Made by a program: the position numbers and the translations under genes | Source of the DNA: Octopus sinensis | Taxonomy: Eukaryota | Length of the DNA: 64,000 bases | Assembly (NCBI RefSeq): GCF_006345805.1 | Contig: NC_043007.1 | Coordinates: forward strand, 75,206,001 to 75,270,000 | Reading direction: 5' to 3' | Part shown: piece after piece, positions 27,842 to 41,405 of the stretch | Layout of the letters: each line of letters begins with the position of its first letter | How positions within the stretch are numbered: position 1 is the first letter of the stretch | Notes under the pieces: model-generated | Told to the model about the DNA's origin: nothing | Database searches by the model: none | Seen by the model: the letters and a program-made list of their open reading frames with translations, nothing else

Positions 27842-28354
27842 TCTATATATATAAAACGTAGTTGTGTGAGTGTCTGTCCCCTTCGATTTAGATTCCTACT
27901 CCTCCCACATTTTGCGGTGCAGTTTAACCAAATTCGGGTATCTTATAGTCGTGATTAATATCGAGCCGTCTGGCTATTAGCGCGCATCTACGATGAGTCT
28001 ACGATTTTAAAAATAATTTAACATCATTTTTTATTCCATTTTAATGCATAATTTTTCGTGTGTCGATGGCGGCGGAGTGGCGTCCACGCTCAAACACCTG
28101 CACCTGTGTTTGCTTCTCCCCCTTCTTCCCTCCCTTGTGAAGCTGTGGGGAAGGGAGTTTAAGGAAATCAACGTCGTAATGCGTTGTCAAGGAGACCAGC
28201 GTTCTTTTAGAACAACGACTTCATGGCTTGAAGACACCAAAACAGAAATGGCTAAGAAAGCCCGAATTGGCATCTATAAGGGAAGTAACTCTCTAAAAAT
28301 GCTTATATAGTTATTTCCCTTACAAACCCGAGCAACGCTGGGTGATACTGCTAG
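27842..28354 (+). mobile_element. Non-autonomous Helitron, family B, internally deleted
   Basis: A|TCtatatatataaaacgtag...cccgagcaacgctgggtgatactgCTAG|T; homologous to 20411-21034. Confidence 0.88.
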
Positions 28355-28395
<41 letters not shown>

Positions 28396-29656
28396 TATAT
28401 ATATATATATGCATATATATATATGCATTTGCATATACATATATATTTATATATATGCATATATATGTGTGTGTGTGTGTGTATATTTATGTGTGCCTGT
28501 GTTTGACTCACCATCACCACTTGACAACCCATGTTGGTGTTTTTACGTACCCGTAACTTAGTAGTTTGGACTAAGAGACCAATAGAATAAGTACTAGGCT
28601 TACAAAGAATAAGTCATGAAGTCAATTTCTTCAACTAAAACCCTTAAAAAGTAGTGCTTCAGCATGGCCACAGTTAAATTACTGAAACAACTAAAAGAAT
28701 ATATATATGTGTTGAAAAATATTATGTGTGTGTTTGTGTTTGTTGTCCATCATGGCTTAACAGCCAGTGCTAGTTTGTTTATGTCCCCTTGACATAGCAG
28801 TTTGGCAAAAGAGACTAATACAATAAGTATCAGACATCATTAAAAACATTTACTGTGGTAGATTTGTTCAACCAAATCTTTTCAAAACAGTGCCCCAGCA
28901 TGGCCACAATTCAATGACTGAAACAAATAAAAGATATAAGGTTATTGAGAACATTCCAACCAGTCATCTCATCTTCTTTTTCTGGCACAGTCTATCTAGG
29001 ACAACATAATCTTATGTGTCCCTTTTTTCTTTTTTTTTCTTTTTTTTTTTTTAACATTTTCTGAACCAGAAGGAAAAAAAGGGGGTTTGGGGTTTGTTAG
29101 TATTTCTAGTAGGCTTAGCAAGCATGTATAGTTTGGCTAAATGCCAATTCACTTTCTTGAGATACATAATGTGGGTATTTTGGTACCATTTGTTAATAAG
29201 AAGGAGGCCCTTGCTAAGCATAACATTCCCACTGCTATATTTTATTTTAGTCCTACAAACTCAGATGTATTAAACTCTTATTTAGCCTTAATATCAACTG
29301 CTGTAATGAGACAAATGCCTCCTCTAAAATATCTGACACCTCTGCTTCTGTTTGTTTTTCTTGCCAGGATTGGTTGTGTAAAAAGTCTATGATTAAACAA
29401 AGTTGACACCTGAACATCTCATATTTCATACTGTAAAGTCACAACTTGTCAATACCAGATAATTAACTCACCCCTAATGTCAGCATAGCTGTCAACTAAG
29501 ACGTGCAAAAATAAATATTATCTGAGTAATTACCTTACCTAATGACTTATGGTCTTTTTTTTTCTTTTGATGTAACAAGATTTCACTTAAATAGTCATCA
29601 CCTTAAGCAGTCAGTCACCCTGCAATTTTAAAAATACATAAATATAGAGATAGAAA

Positions 29657-30048
29657 TCTCTATATGTATAAAGCTGAAGTTGTCTGTGTGTGGCAGGTTT
29701 GGTAGCCTTCAACTAACACTGTCTCCTCCGAGACCCTGCGGCGCAAGTTGACCAAAATTGAGAGTATGATACAAGAAGGCTGGCTCTTCCTTCCATAGAA
29801 GAAAAAATTCAAATCGGACTATGTTAAGACCAAAAATTATTTACATCAAAAGGTGCTTTTTTTCTATGAAAATCCCTACTTTTTACGATTTTTTTTACTG
29901 CTGTGTCGTCATTTTTCGGTGTATTTCAACCAGAAAAATGTTCACTTAAAGAGAATAACAAGCTACATAATGCAAAATTTTTACTTTTCAAGAATTTCAA
30001 TTTTAAAGGGTCAAAACAAACCCAAGCAACGCAGGGTGATACTGCTAG
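29657..30048 (+). mobile_element. Non-autonomous Helitron, family A
   Basis: A|TCtctatatgtataaagctg...cccaagcaacgcagggtgatactgCTAG|T. Confidence 0.85.
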
Positions 30049-30819
30049 TATTTGTTAAAAGTAACTAAATACTAGTATGTATATATGTATGTATGAATGG
30101 CCTAATGGTTACAGTGTCGCAATCACAATCACCTGATTGTGGATTCAATTCCCAGATTGAGCAGTGCATTATGTTCCTCAGCAAAATACTTCATTTCATG
30201 TGACTCCTGTCCACTCAGCTGTAAATAGGTAACCCTGCAACAGTCTAGCTTTCAGTCAAGGGGAATGTTGGCCTGTTTGCTAAGCCAGTGGGGTGGCATC
30301 ATTTGAAAGCTAAAATAACACAAAGTGTATTGTGACCAGCGATGTATAACAACATCCAGTTGTTTGTCAGTCACATGATGTTTGAAAGTATTACTAGTGG
30401 ATTTGTGAAATAAGTAAAAAAAAAAAAAAACTAAATGAAGAAGGTAGAAAATTCATAGTACAATATAACATGGCTTCACATCACATCACAGGTGATTTGT
30501 TGTAACTTCACAGTCTGTTGAATAAGAAGGTGTGAGTCATTGGTTATACAGCTTGGATAATAAATAATTCTTTTTTTTTTTGGCCATCACTTGCTTCAGT
30601 CTGTGGCAATGTTGGGGCACCACCTTGACAGGTTTACTCAAATAGAACAACCCAAGTACTTCTTTTTTTTAATGTTTTTAAAGTCTGGTTCTTATTCTGT
30701 CAGTCTCCTTTGCTGAACAGCTAGGTCACAGGGATGTAAGCAAAATGCCAATTGTTAAGCAATGAGAGGATACACAGACACACAAACACGCTCACATACA
30801 CATGTACATGCACACAGTT

Positions 30820-31990
30820 TTTGTATGTGATAAATGCTCAGGAGCAATAAACACTGAAAATGTGCAGAGAATAGCTTCTGTCACATTCCAGGGAGAAAAA
30901 CTACAAGCAGTTAATAGCTTCTGTTACCTAGGTGACCAAGTCAGCAGCGGGGATTGAATCTCTGAAAGTGTAGCTGCTAGAATAAGAATAGCCTGGACAA
31001 AGTTCAGAGAACTCCTACCTCTGCTGGTGACAAAGGGCCTCTTGCTCGGAATAAAAGGTAGACTGTATGACGCACGTGTACGAACAGCCATGCTACATGG
31101 CAGTGAAACATGAGCTGTGACTGCTGAGGACATGCATAATCTTGCAAGGAATGAAGCCAGTATTTTCTGCTGGACGTGTAATATCAGTGTACATACATGA
31201 CAGAGTGTAAGCGCCCTGAGAGAAAAGTTGGACCTAAGAAGCATCAGTTGTGGTGTGCAAGAGAGACGACTGCACTGATATGGTCATGTGTTGTGAATGG
31301 ATGAGAACAGCTGTATGAAAATGTGTTGCACACTTGCAGTTGAGGGAACCTGTGGAAGAGGTAGACCCAGGAAAACCTGGGATGAGGTAGTGAAGCACAA
31401 CCTTCAAACATTGGGCTTCACTGAAGCAATGACTAGTGACCAAGACCTTTGGAGATATGCTGTGCTTGAGAAGACCCGACAAGCGAAGTGAGACCATAAC
31501 CCATGGCCTATGCCAGTGGTGTATAACCAGCCCACTTATGAGTACCCTTCAATCATTGGACAATAAACTTTGCTTGCAATGGCCTGTTGAGGCAAGTAAA
31601 ATCCAAATTGCTGACATGGCCGATGTCAGTACTGCCTGATTGGCACTTGTGCCAGTGGAACGTTAAGAACACCATCCAAATATGATTGTTGCCAGGGCCG
31701 CTGACTGGCTCCCATGCCAGTGGCACGTAAAAAGCACCATTTGAGCATGATCATTGACAGCGTCACCTTACTGGCACATGAAAAACAACATTCAGGTGTA
31801 ATCATTGCCAGTGCTGCCGGACTGGCTCCTGTGCAGGTGGTACGTAAAAAACACCTTTTGAGCATGGTCTTTGCAAGTACTGCCTGACTGGCCCTTATGC
31901 TGATGGCACATAAAAGCACCCACTACACTCTGGTGCAGCCTTCTGGCTTGCCAGTCCTTAGTCAAACCATTCAACCCATGGAAAGCAGAC
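30820..31990 (+). mobile_element. 5'-truncated RTE-clade LINE (ORF C-terminus plus 3' UTR)
   Basis: SFCYLGD, RIAWTKFREL, AMLHGSET, YGHV and GRGRPRKTW...LEKTRQAK* with stops; 3' UTR subrepeats. Confidence 0.9.
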
Positions 31991-31991
31991 A

Positions 31992-32043
<52 letters not shown>

Positions 32044-34255
32044 TGTCTGTCTTATTAAACTGAAGAATTACTCAATACTTTTCATAGAGTACTAAATTAT
32101 TATTATACATTTACAAGAAGAATGGTGAAACTGATTTTGAAGATGCATCAAACAGTTTCACAAAGGCTGGCTGACTGAAACTTCGAAGTCCCTGTCACAA
32201 CCCTTCATGTAAAAGAATAATAACCACAGATACATATGTGTATGTTTGTTTGTTTATTTATTTTAGAAGTCTAACTATACACAAGCTAGAATTTTTTTAC
32301 TTCCTTTACCTTTTATGCGCCATTTAAAACTAGATAAATATTGATTCATTTGCAATTAGTCTTTTTTTTTTGGGGGGGGGGGTTATTAATACTTATCCTA
32401 CTTTGGTCTTACTTCGTCTTCCTGTCACAAGACTTGATATCTTCCCCTTAATTTATATTATTTTACATGGAGTTAGCTATGACACTTTACTTACTTTAAC
32501 CTAAATATTTCTCCCTCATTTTTCTCGAGTCATTTTTCAGGAATTTTCCTTTATATATACATTTTTTGAATAAAATTCTTCTGTTAGTCATAGAAGAGTT
32601 AAACATTAATTAGTTTCTAATTTGGTTAAGGTGGTAAGCTGGCAATATTTTTGGCATGCTGGGCAAAATGCTTTGCATCAGCTCTTAATGTTTCGAGTTC
32701 AAATTCCACCAAGGTCAACTTCACATTTCATCCTTTCAGGATCAATATATTAAGTACCAGTTAAGCGCTGGGATCAATGTAATCAACTAATCCTCTTCCT
32801 AAAATTGCTAGCTTTGTGCCAAAATTTGAAAGATTTTGATTACATCCAATATGAACTTTTCAAGCAAATAACATCTTCTTATACTAAGCTTTTGAAGTAC
32901 TAATTTTAAAGGGAAGTTAATATAAAATAGATTTATATGCCATCCAGTGACAACATTCTCTCATTTATTTATTATTCTAAAAAAGCTCAGCAGTTTATTG
33001 GAGAGAGCTAAAAATGTTAGGTGAAGATATAAAACTTTGAAATATTGTAGCATTGCTTAGCATTTTGTTAAGCTAACAAAAATTTATATTTTCAATTTGA
33101 AATACAAGGTAAATTCTGAAGAAGCCATACTTTATAAAAGAAATATTGCAAACATTGAATATGCCTAGATAGCTTTCACTAAAGCAGGAGTACCCCTTGA
33201 CCTTTGCATTTAGGAGAATTGTCTTAAATTTGAAACCACCCACTGACAAAGTTCTATAAGAATCTACAGAAGAGAAATGAAAAAGAAAAAATGGCAGTAG
33301 TTGACCAATTCCGCCCATCCCTTACTTCTGACAAAAATGAAGGATTTCATTAAACTAAAAGCTTTTAAGGTAAAGTGGAATTGGTGCATTATTATTAATA
33401 TTTAGCAATTACAGTATAGAAAAAACATTTTTAGGCATCAAAAACACAAAAACTGTCAAATTCACTTTCTATATACAACTTGGTCACTTTTACAGCATTG
33501 GAATTGTGCCAAAAATTTTAACATCTCAAGAAAAGTGGTGATTGTTTCATAGTCTCTGATAAATTCACCTGCCAAACAAGTACAATTCCATAATTTTAAT
33601 ATTTACTTAGTCTCAAACATTAGAATTAGCATTTGCAAATGTTAAATGATATTCTGGGTTTTTTTTTTTTTGTCTTTTTTGTGTTGTTTTCGTTTTGCAC
33701 TCTGGATTCCAAATCAACAATTCATAATAAAGGTATAACTTCATTTTATGGTAATTTCACTGCTTAAGTATGTCTGTGGACAGTGTCTATTCATCATCAT
33801 CATCATTATCAAATGTCCAATTTCCATACTGGCATGGGTTGGACGCTTTGACATGATCCAGTGAGCTGCAGGATGATAGCAAGTTACAATGTTCACTTTG
33901 GCATGATATCTACAATTGAATGTAATTCTTAATACCAACCACTTTACAGAGTTTACCAGATGCTTTATAATAAAATAAATAATAATGAAATTATTGTATA
34001 CAGTGCTCAGGTGCACCACAACTTGTCAGAAAGTGCATATAAAGTACATGCAGTAATGTAGAAATGTCTGGAAAGCGAACAATGTATGAGTCAGATTCAT
34101 GCTTGTGTGTGTATGGAGGGAGAAAATCAAGTGTAGTGTTGGCGAATCTCAGGAAGCATGGAAGTTTTGAAGGATGCAGTGCTCCGACAACTAACAACCG
34201 ATGCCGGCAGTTTATTCATGTCACAGCATTAATGAGGTCACCAAGTGTATGTACA

Positions 34256-34288
<33 letters not shown>

Positions 34289-35597
34289 GGTGTGTGTTTT
34301 TTTTGTTTCTTCATTTTGACATTGTGTGATTGTGGTAAATGAATGTCTTTGAATGTCTTTTATTTCCAATGTTTTGTGAGAACATGTTTGGCCATGGGTA
34401 AATATTACCTTGCTTGAAAACAGGTAAGGGTTGGCAACCGGAAGGACAGCTGGCCTCAGAAAATCTGCCTCAATAAACTCTTGTATATAAAGAATGGTAT
34501 GGATATATAAAGAATGTATAAATATTAATATTTCCCAGCATAACACATAACAAAAATAATATTAAGCTCTCAATTTTGCAAAAACTTTCACTTCTGATAA
34601 GCAAGTTTAAATTCCCTATGCAATAGCAGCAGTATTTCTTTATTGCCCACAAGGGGCTAAACAAAGACAGACAAAGGGATTAAGTCGATTACATCGACCC
34701 CAGTGTGTAATTGGTACTTAATTTATCAACCCCGAAAGGATGAAAGGCAAAGTCAACCTCGGCAGAATTTGAACTCAGAACATAAAGACAGACGAAATAT
34801 CACTAAGCATCTTGCCCAGCATGCTAACGATTCTGCCAGCTCGCCACCATTGTAAAGAAAAGTAATTTCTTTACAATGAGTTATCAAGTTTACGGTTTGA
34901 TTGTGTAGCTCCTTTATGGTGAAACTTTCTTTGGTAAATTTTCCCTCAGCAAAAATTTTTACAGTGAATTTTTCTGACACATTGCTGCCTCCATAGCCAA
35001 TCTGATGGCCTTCTGCCTACTGGCCCCTGTGATACTGAGTATATTGGAGGCCCTGCAGAGGGACTAGCCTGCAAACCCGCTGCATCTCACTTTGATGGGA
35101 TCACAACTTGCTTGCCACCCATTGCTTTGACATAGCTAAGAGTTTCAAATAAGAGGGGGAAAAAAACAAAAACATATCAACCAGTGAAAGTTAGAAATAT
35201 ACAAACATTTACACTGAACAGAGGAATGTATGTTCTGAAGACTGATTTGCACTAATAAACTGAGAAACCTGTCTAGTGCCTGAAAGGAAACTTAAGTGTA
35301 AGTGAACGAAGCATTAAACAGCTGCAAAAGAAGAAGAAAGAAGAAAACTCTCAAAAGGCATTTTATACACTATGTTGCAAAAGATTATAACACCAGTAGT
35401 GGTTTGATATCTCTTGTATTTTACTCGTTTCAGTCATTGGACTGCGGCCATGGTTGGGCTGAGTACATATTTCTAATCTGGTATTTATTCTACCAGCTTC
35501 TTTTGCTAAACTGTTATCTTAAGGGAATGTAAACAAACCAACACTGGTTGTCAAGTAGTGAGCTGAGGGGATAAACACAAAGACACACACACAATAC

Positions 35598-35638
<41 letters not shown>

Positions 35639-35784
35639 TACACATATATATAAATATATATATATGTAGTAAGTTGCTTGCTTACAAACCACATGGGCAA
35701 GTGTCTTTTACTATAGCCTTGGGCCAACCAAAGCCTTGTGAGTGGATTTAGTAGATGGAAACTGAAAGAAGCCTGTCATATACA

Positions 35785-35828
<44 letters not shown>

Positions 35829-36456
35829 TGTATATATATATGTGTGTGTGTGTTTGTATATATATGTCTGTGTTTGTCCCCCCACCATCACTTGACAACT
35901 GATGTTGACGTGTTTATGTCCCTGTAACCTAGCAGTTTGGCAAAAGAGACTAATAGAATAAGTACTAGGCTTAAAAAGAATAAGTCCTGGGGTTGACTTG
36001 TTCAACTAAAGGCGTGCTCCAGCATGACCACAGTCAAATGACTGAAACAAATAAAAGATTTAACTACTCAAACTGACCATACATTCGAACATACATACAT
36101 ATATACATACAAACATACATACATATATACATACATATAAACATAAATTCAAGTATATACATATGAAGTGCATTCGAAAAGAATTCAACTTTATTTTTTC
36201 CTACCACTGCTGCATGGTCAAAATCCCTTGGGTGAGAGATGGTACACACACATGATAATTTTCATGTCAGTATGCCATGTCAGTTTCAGACATACAATGT
36301 GGACTTGTCAAATTTACATTTTCATGCAAGATGACCAAATGCATCAAGCAGGGACCACAAACCCCATATCTCATCACCAGTGATGATGGTCTTCAAGAAA
36401 TCTGGATCATGGTTTGCACAGTTCAGCATGTCCTGAACAATTTCCATGCAGAGTTG

Positions 36457-36689
36457 CTTCTTATTTCTTTATTGCCCACAAGGGGCTAAACATAGAGGGG
36501 ATAAACAAGGACAGACAAAGGGATTAAGTCTATTACATCGCCCCAGTGCATAACTGGTACTTAATTTATCGACCCTGAAAGGATGAAAGGCAAAGTTGAC
36601 CTCGGCGGAATTTGAACTCAGAACGTAACGGCAGATGAAATACTGCTAAGCATTTCACCCAGTGTACTAACGTTTCTGCTAGCTCGCTG
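36457..36689 (-). mobile_element. SINE family 1 with 13-bp TSD
   Basis: ccatgcagagttg at 36444-36456 and 36690-36702. Other - strand copies at about 7765-7890, 19283-19475 and 34633-34848. Confidence 0.88.
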
Positions 36690-36739
36690 CCATGCAGAGT
36701 TGTTTCTGCTGCTCTACCAGCATCTTAGGGTTGCATTCC

Positions 36740-37294
36740 ACCACAAGTGCATGCACCATTTGTGCATGTTCTGGCATGCATAAATCCTCCATTAAAATGG
36801 AATGCTCTGATCCTGTGCTTATCCACACTTTGTGAGCAATTTCTTGGATTGTTACATGTGAGTCTTCTATGATAATTCACCAGACCTTTTTCAATCAGTT
36901 CCTTGTTTCGGCTTGTGGATGGCCTGCCTAAGTGTGCCTCACTCTCCACTGAGGTGTGGCCATGTTTGAAACAGTTGTACCACTCCTTGATCTGAGTATT
37001 TCCCATGGCATCATCACCAAAATCCTGCTGAATCTTCTTGATGGTTTCAGCTTGAGTATCACCAAGCTTTGGGTAAAAATTGATACATTCAGTGAAAACA
37101 AAATTCTGACAAGCACACATTACCTGTCTGTAATCTATGCATAACAACCAGGAACTGATGCCACCTAATGGTGCAAAGATTTTCATGTATACACAGGAAG
37201 AGTGGTGTGACCTCTCACTCAAAGGATTCTGGTCATACAGCATTAGTTTTGGCTGAGAAAAATAAAGTCAGATACTTTTTGAATGCACCTAATA
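36740..37294 (-). mobile_element. mariner 5' fragment (N-terminal HTH, irritans-like)
   Basis: KLGDTQAETIKKIQQDFGDDAMGNTQIKEWYNCFKHGHTSVESEAHLGRPSTS; TIR ttaggtgcattcaaaaagtatc with TA at 37293-94. Subfamily assignment is tentative. Confidence 0.82.
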
Positions 37295-37358
37295 CATATG
37301 CAACGAGTTAGATAGACTAATAGATATTTGCATATATGTATATACATAAGCATATTTT

Positions 37359-37618
37359 TATATACATATCTATTTTTTAATAATATATTATTATTAATAT
37401 TAGGAAATCAATATCAAAACTCCTCAGAAAGATATACACGTGTGAAAAATAATTGTTTTAAAAATATATACATAAATAAATATAAATACATATTTATATT
37501 TATTTATTTATATATTTTTAACACAACTGTTTTCACACATGTATATCTTTCTGAGAAGTTTTGGTATTGATTTCCTAATATTAATAATAATATATTATTA
37601 AAAAAAAATATGTATATA
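37359..37618. repeat. 260-bp AT-rich near-perfect palindrome (foldback)
   Basis: About 130-bp arms, centre at 37489-90, roughly 10 differences by eye. Confidence 0.9.
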
Positions 37619-39144
37619 TCACTTGTATTAAATATATATACACTTTAATAATATTAATAGTTTGATACAATTGAGCACTCAATATAAATTCAGTATATAA
37701 TATTCTCATTGAATATATTTAACTAATGATTTATTTTTATATACATACATAAATGTGTGTATATGCACATATATATATATATATATAAACACACAAAGTG
37801 GAGCTAGTTGTATACATCATTTTCATCATCATCATAATTTTAACATCCTCTTTTCCATGCTTGCATATGTTGGACAAGGTTTATTGAGTCAAATTTCCTA
37901 TGACTGGATGCCCTTCCTGTCACCAACCCCTATCTTTTTCCAAGCAAGGCAATATCTTCCCCTGACCAGACATATTTGTGAAGAATATTGGAAATGAATG
38001 ACACTGCTTGTATGACAATGATACTCATTTACAACTATCATGCAATATCAAGACATTCACACATATACACTTAGATCGATCCATCCATCCATCCATACAT
38101 ATATACATACATACATGTCGTTCAGAACCTTGCTTCCCAAACCATATGGCTATAAGTTCAGTCCCAATGCATGACACCTTGGGCAAGTGTTTTCTATTAT
38201 GGCCCAGAACCATATTAGAAAACACTTGCCCAGTGTCATGAAGTGTAACTGAACTCATAACCATATGGTTTGAGAAGCAGGCTCCTTAAAGATAGCCACA
38301 AAGAACTAGAGTTTCACATATGTAGTACAGCGAGTGGAAAAAACTTTGACGTATTGAGATCATTCGAACAATTAGTATACAAAAACTCCCGTGGGATTTA
38401 AAATTTAGAAAGAAAGGCAAGGGAGGTAAGTCAACTCAACTTTAATCTGCACTGTCAATATCAGACGAGTGTAGGCCGACAGCTTGGTGGGAGAAGTTGG
38501 AGAGACCCTTAGGTTAAACATTTTCTATGTCTTGCGAGCCAAAATGAATAGGAAATAAAACTATAAACAAACACACCTATAGGAACTGCTTTTTCAATTT
38601 CTTTTCGCTTTACATGGCACCTGTTGTTATGATGAATCGTTATCATAGACATATTTCCCCACCACCACCAGTCTTAGATAAGATATTTCAATCAAATTAT
38701 TCTACTGAATCATGACGTTTGGCACTTTACAAACAGCTACGGTCGTAGCCACTGATTTGACATATTATTTGTTTTTATTTATCGTCAGAGATTATTGTTA
38801 AAACCAACCCTTTTTAAATGAAAAAAAAAATTAATTCATCAACATAAAAAGTACGAAATACTTGATAAATGTTTCTTTTCTTATAATTGGAAACGGATGC
38901 AAAGTCATTGAAAAAATAAATAGACTGATCTTTTCATTTGTTTGATTAAGGAAATTTTCGTACAGCTATTTCCATATTCACCTGAAAATGATGTTAATAT
39001 AACATTTTTTACTAAACTTCGTCAACAATTTCATAAAATTCTCACAACTATTTATGTAGTATTTTATAGCTGATAAACGATTGGAATAACGCCTTTTATT
39101 ATTTCATCATCAGCGCTAAATAATACAATACCTGTTCATAGTAT

Positions 39145-39177
<33 letters not shown>

Positions 39178-39722
39178 ATGTGTGTACAAACTACTTTATT
39201 TTTTTATTTTGATGTTGCTTGGCAACTCTTAAATGAAACCCACAGTTGTCTACCCTTGGTTTACATTACCGCCCTCCCCCACCGCACCTCAACAACTCTT
39301 GCCAGCATCTTTCTTCATTTGGGCTTCCTGCCTCTCACAATCTGCTATCCTGCATCTATATTATCTTCTGACTTGAAATTATTAGCTTCATTTTATTTTA
39401 CATGTTTACTCCTGCTGTCTCTTACAAAAGCCAAGCAGGCAAGTACCTGCGATGTGTGGTTGGTACAGTTAGTACGTGTATTACTTTAATCAAGGTATCC
39501 AGGATTACTACTACCGCTACTGACGTTCATTTACCATCATTGTTGTTATTTTTTGGATAATCTTACCAAATAACTTAAAGCTCGCCACTCATGATTTTTG
39601 AAGGGTTACATTCTTAAAGCAGCTTTCTTCATTTATTGTTGGCGACGTTAATTAATGTCAATGTCGCACTGACTAAAATATCTTCTAATATATATATAAA
39701 CATCTTGTGATTAATCACCAAA

Positions 39723-40550
39723 ATGGAAGAAGAACTAAAATGCCCCGTGTGTTCGAGGTATTTCTGCAATCCAGTCCTGTTGCCGTGTTTCCATTCTCTG
39801 TGCATGGTGTGTGCTGTACAAATTCAAGAACTTCTACCACCGTTTGGACAGCAGTCTGGAGGGAATTGTGGAAACAGTAATAGTAATAGTACTGTCGGGG
39901 TTCTAGATGAAGCGGGAGCTGTTTCTGTTGGATCAGAACAAGATCTTCCCGACATAGACAAGCTTAGTATTGTCAGCGAAACTGACAGCGGTGTGATCTG
40001 TAACAGTAGACCAAACAGCTACATAGGATCTCTTGGGTTTGGAAATATATTTTCCCAAGCTTCATCCGGAACCCTGTTCAGTATCCGATGTCCAGTTTGT
40101 AAGAAGATAATATATTTAGATGAACATGGAGTACAGGCTTTACCGAAAAGCAGTATACTGGAATCAATCATCGAAAAGTTTGGATGCGGCTCCGAGGAAC
40201 AAACTACGGAAGACTCTGATTTAATTAAATGTCAGCTTTGTGAACAAGATAGCAATGATGCAGCGTGTATGTGCGAACAGTGCGAGGTGTTTTATTGCGA
40301 TTCTTGTCGAGAAAGATGCCATCCATTTAGGGGTCCGCTTGCCAAACATAAACTTGTGAGCCCTTGTCAAGGCCAAATGCTTTTAAAGAAAAACAAAACA
40401 AAAGAATCCAAATGCCAAGAACATGTTGACGAACAGCTGAGTATGTTCTGTCAGCTCTGTAAGGTTCCAGTTTGTTATGTATGTGCCCAGGAAGGGAGAC
40501 ACATTAACCACGATGTCCAAGCACTAGGTGTTATGTGTAAAACACAAAAA
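39723..40550 (+). CDS. TRIM9: TRIM9/TRIM67 (MADD-2-like) E3 ubiquitin ligase, first coding exon: split RING, B-box1, B-box2
   Basis: MEEELKCPVC, LPCFHSLC, DKLSIVSETDSG, KCQLCE...MCEQCEVFYC..C..RCHPFRGPLAKHKL and H..HDVQALG..K match the TRIM9/67 N-terminus. Donor AAA|GTaagt at 40551 after 276 codons; the listed ORF reads on into the intron. No downstream exon was recognised before 64000. Confidence 0.93.
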
Positions 40551-40995
40551 GTAAGTTATCTTCTCTATTGTTGTTGTTGTGGTGGTGGTTATCGTTACGG
40601 GGCACTATTCATTATATTTAAACTAAACCATGATCGTACCATAATTATTTAAAAAAATAGTATTATGAAAGATTTAAAATTATTTTTTAATGTCTTTTTA
40701 TTGTGATTTATACGTCATCTCTCTTCCTCCTCTCTATCTCTCTGTATGTATCATAATTTCGTTCAAACTGCAGTATACTTAGATCTCATGGTTGTAAGAT
40801 CGAAACATGTTGCAATTAGTAAAAACATTATTTAAAATATATATAATTCTCGGCAGTTTAACGATGTGGGCGCTTTTCTTTTCTGTGGGTGGCTACAAGT
40901 GATATACTAATCCTGCTAAGTGTGTGTGTATTTGTGTAAAATAAACGCCTTTAAACGAAACTACGCCCCTGAGTCACTACTTAGCTTCTCAGCTG

Positions 40996-41046
<51 letters not shown>

Positions 41047-41356
41047 GCATACACACACATATATATATACATACACACACACACATACATGTACATACGT
41101 ATATACGTACGTGTGTGTATGTATGCATATGTATCTAATTTAGTCCTAAATGTAAATATTTACACATACATTATGCACGTAATATATGATTCATGTATGG
41201 AAGCATATCTCCCCCTCCTCCTCTCTCTTTCTATGTATGTGTGTATATATATCTATATATATGGGTGGAGGGGTATACACTGGCGCTATATATAATTAAT
41301 ATATTTATATCATTTATATGTATATAATTTATGAATATATGTATATACATATGCTC

Positions 41357-41405
<49 letters not shown>

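Noticed and set aside
34965-35135. GC-rich unique block with a 51-codon open frame
   Set aside because: An in-frame stop follows the only good acceptor, there is no ATG and no recognisable domain
39723-40550. CpG-island versus methylated gene-body contrast between TRIM9 and EPRS
   Set aside because: Rough by-eye CpG counts in the exons were not clearly different
40551-40652. C-terminal extension of the TRIM9 ORF (VSYLLYCCCCGGG...)
   Set aside because: Read-through past a consensus GTAAGT donor into the intron
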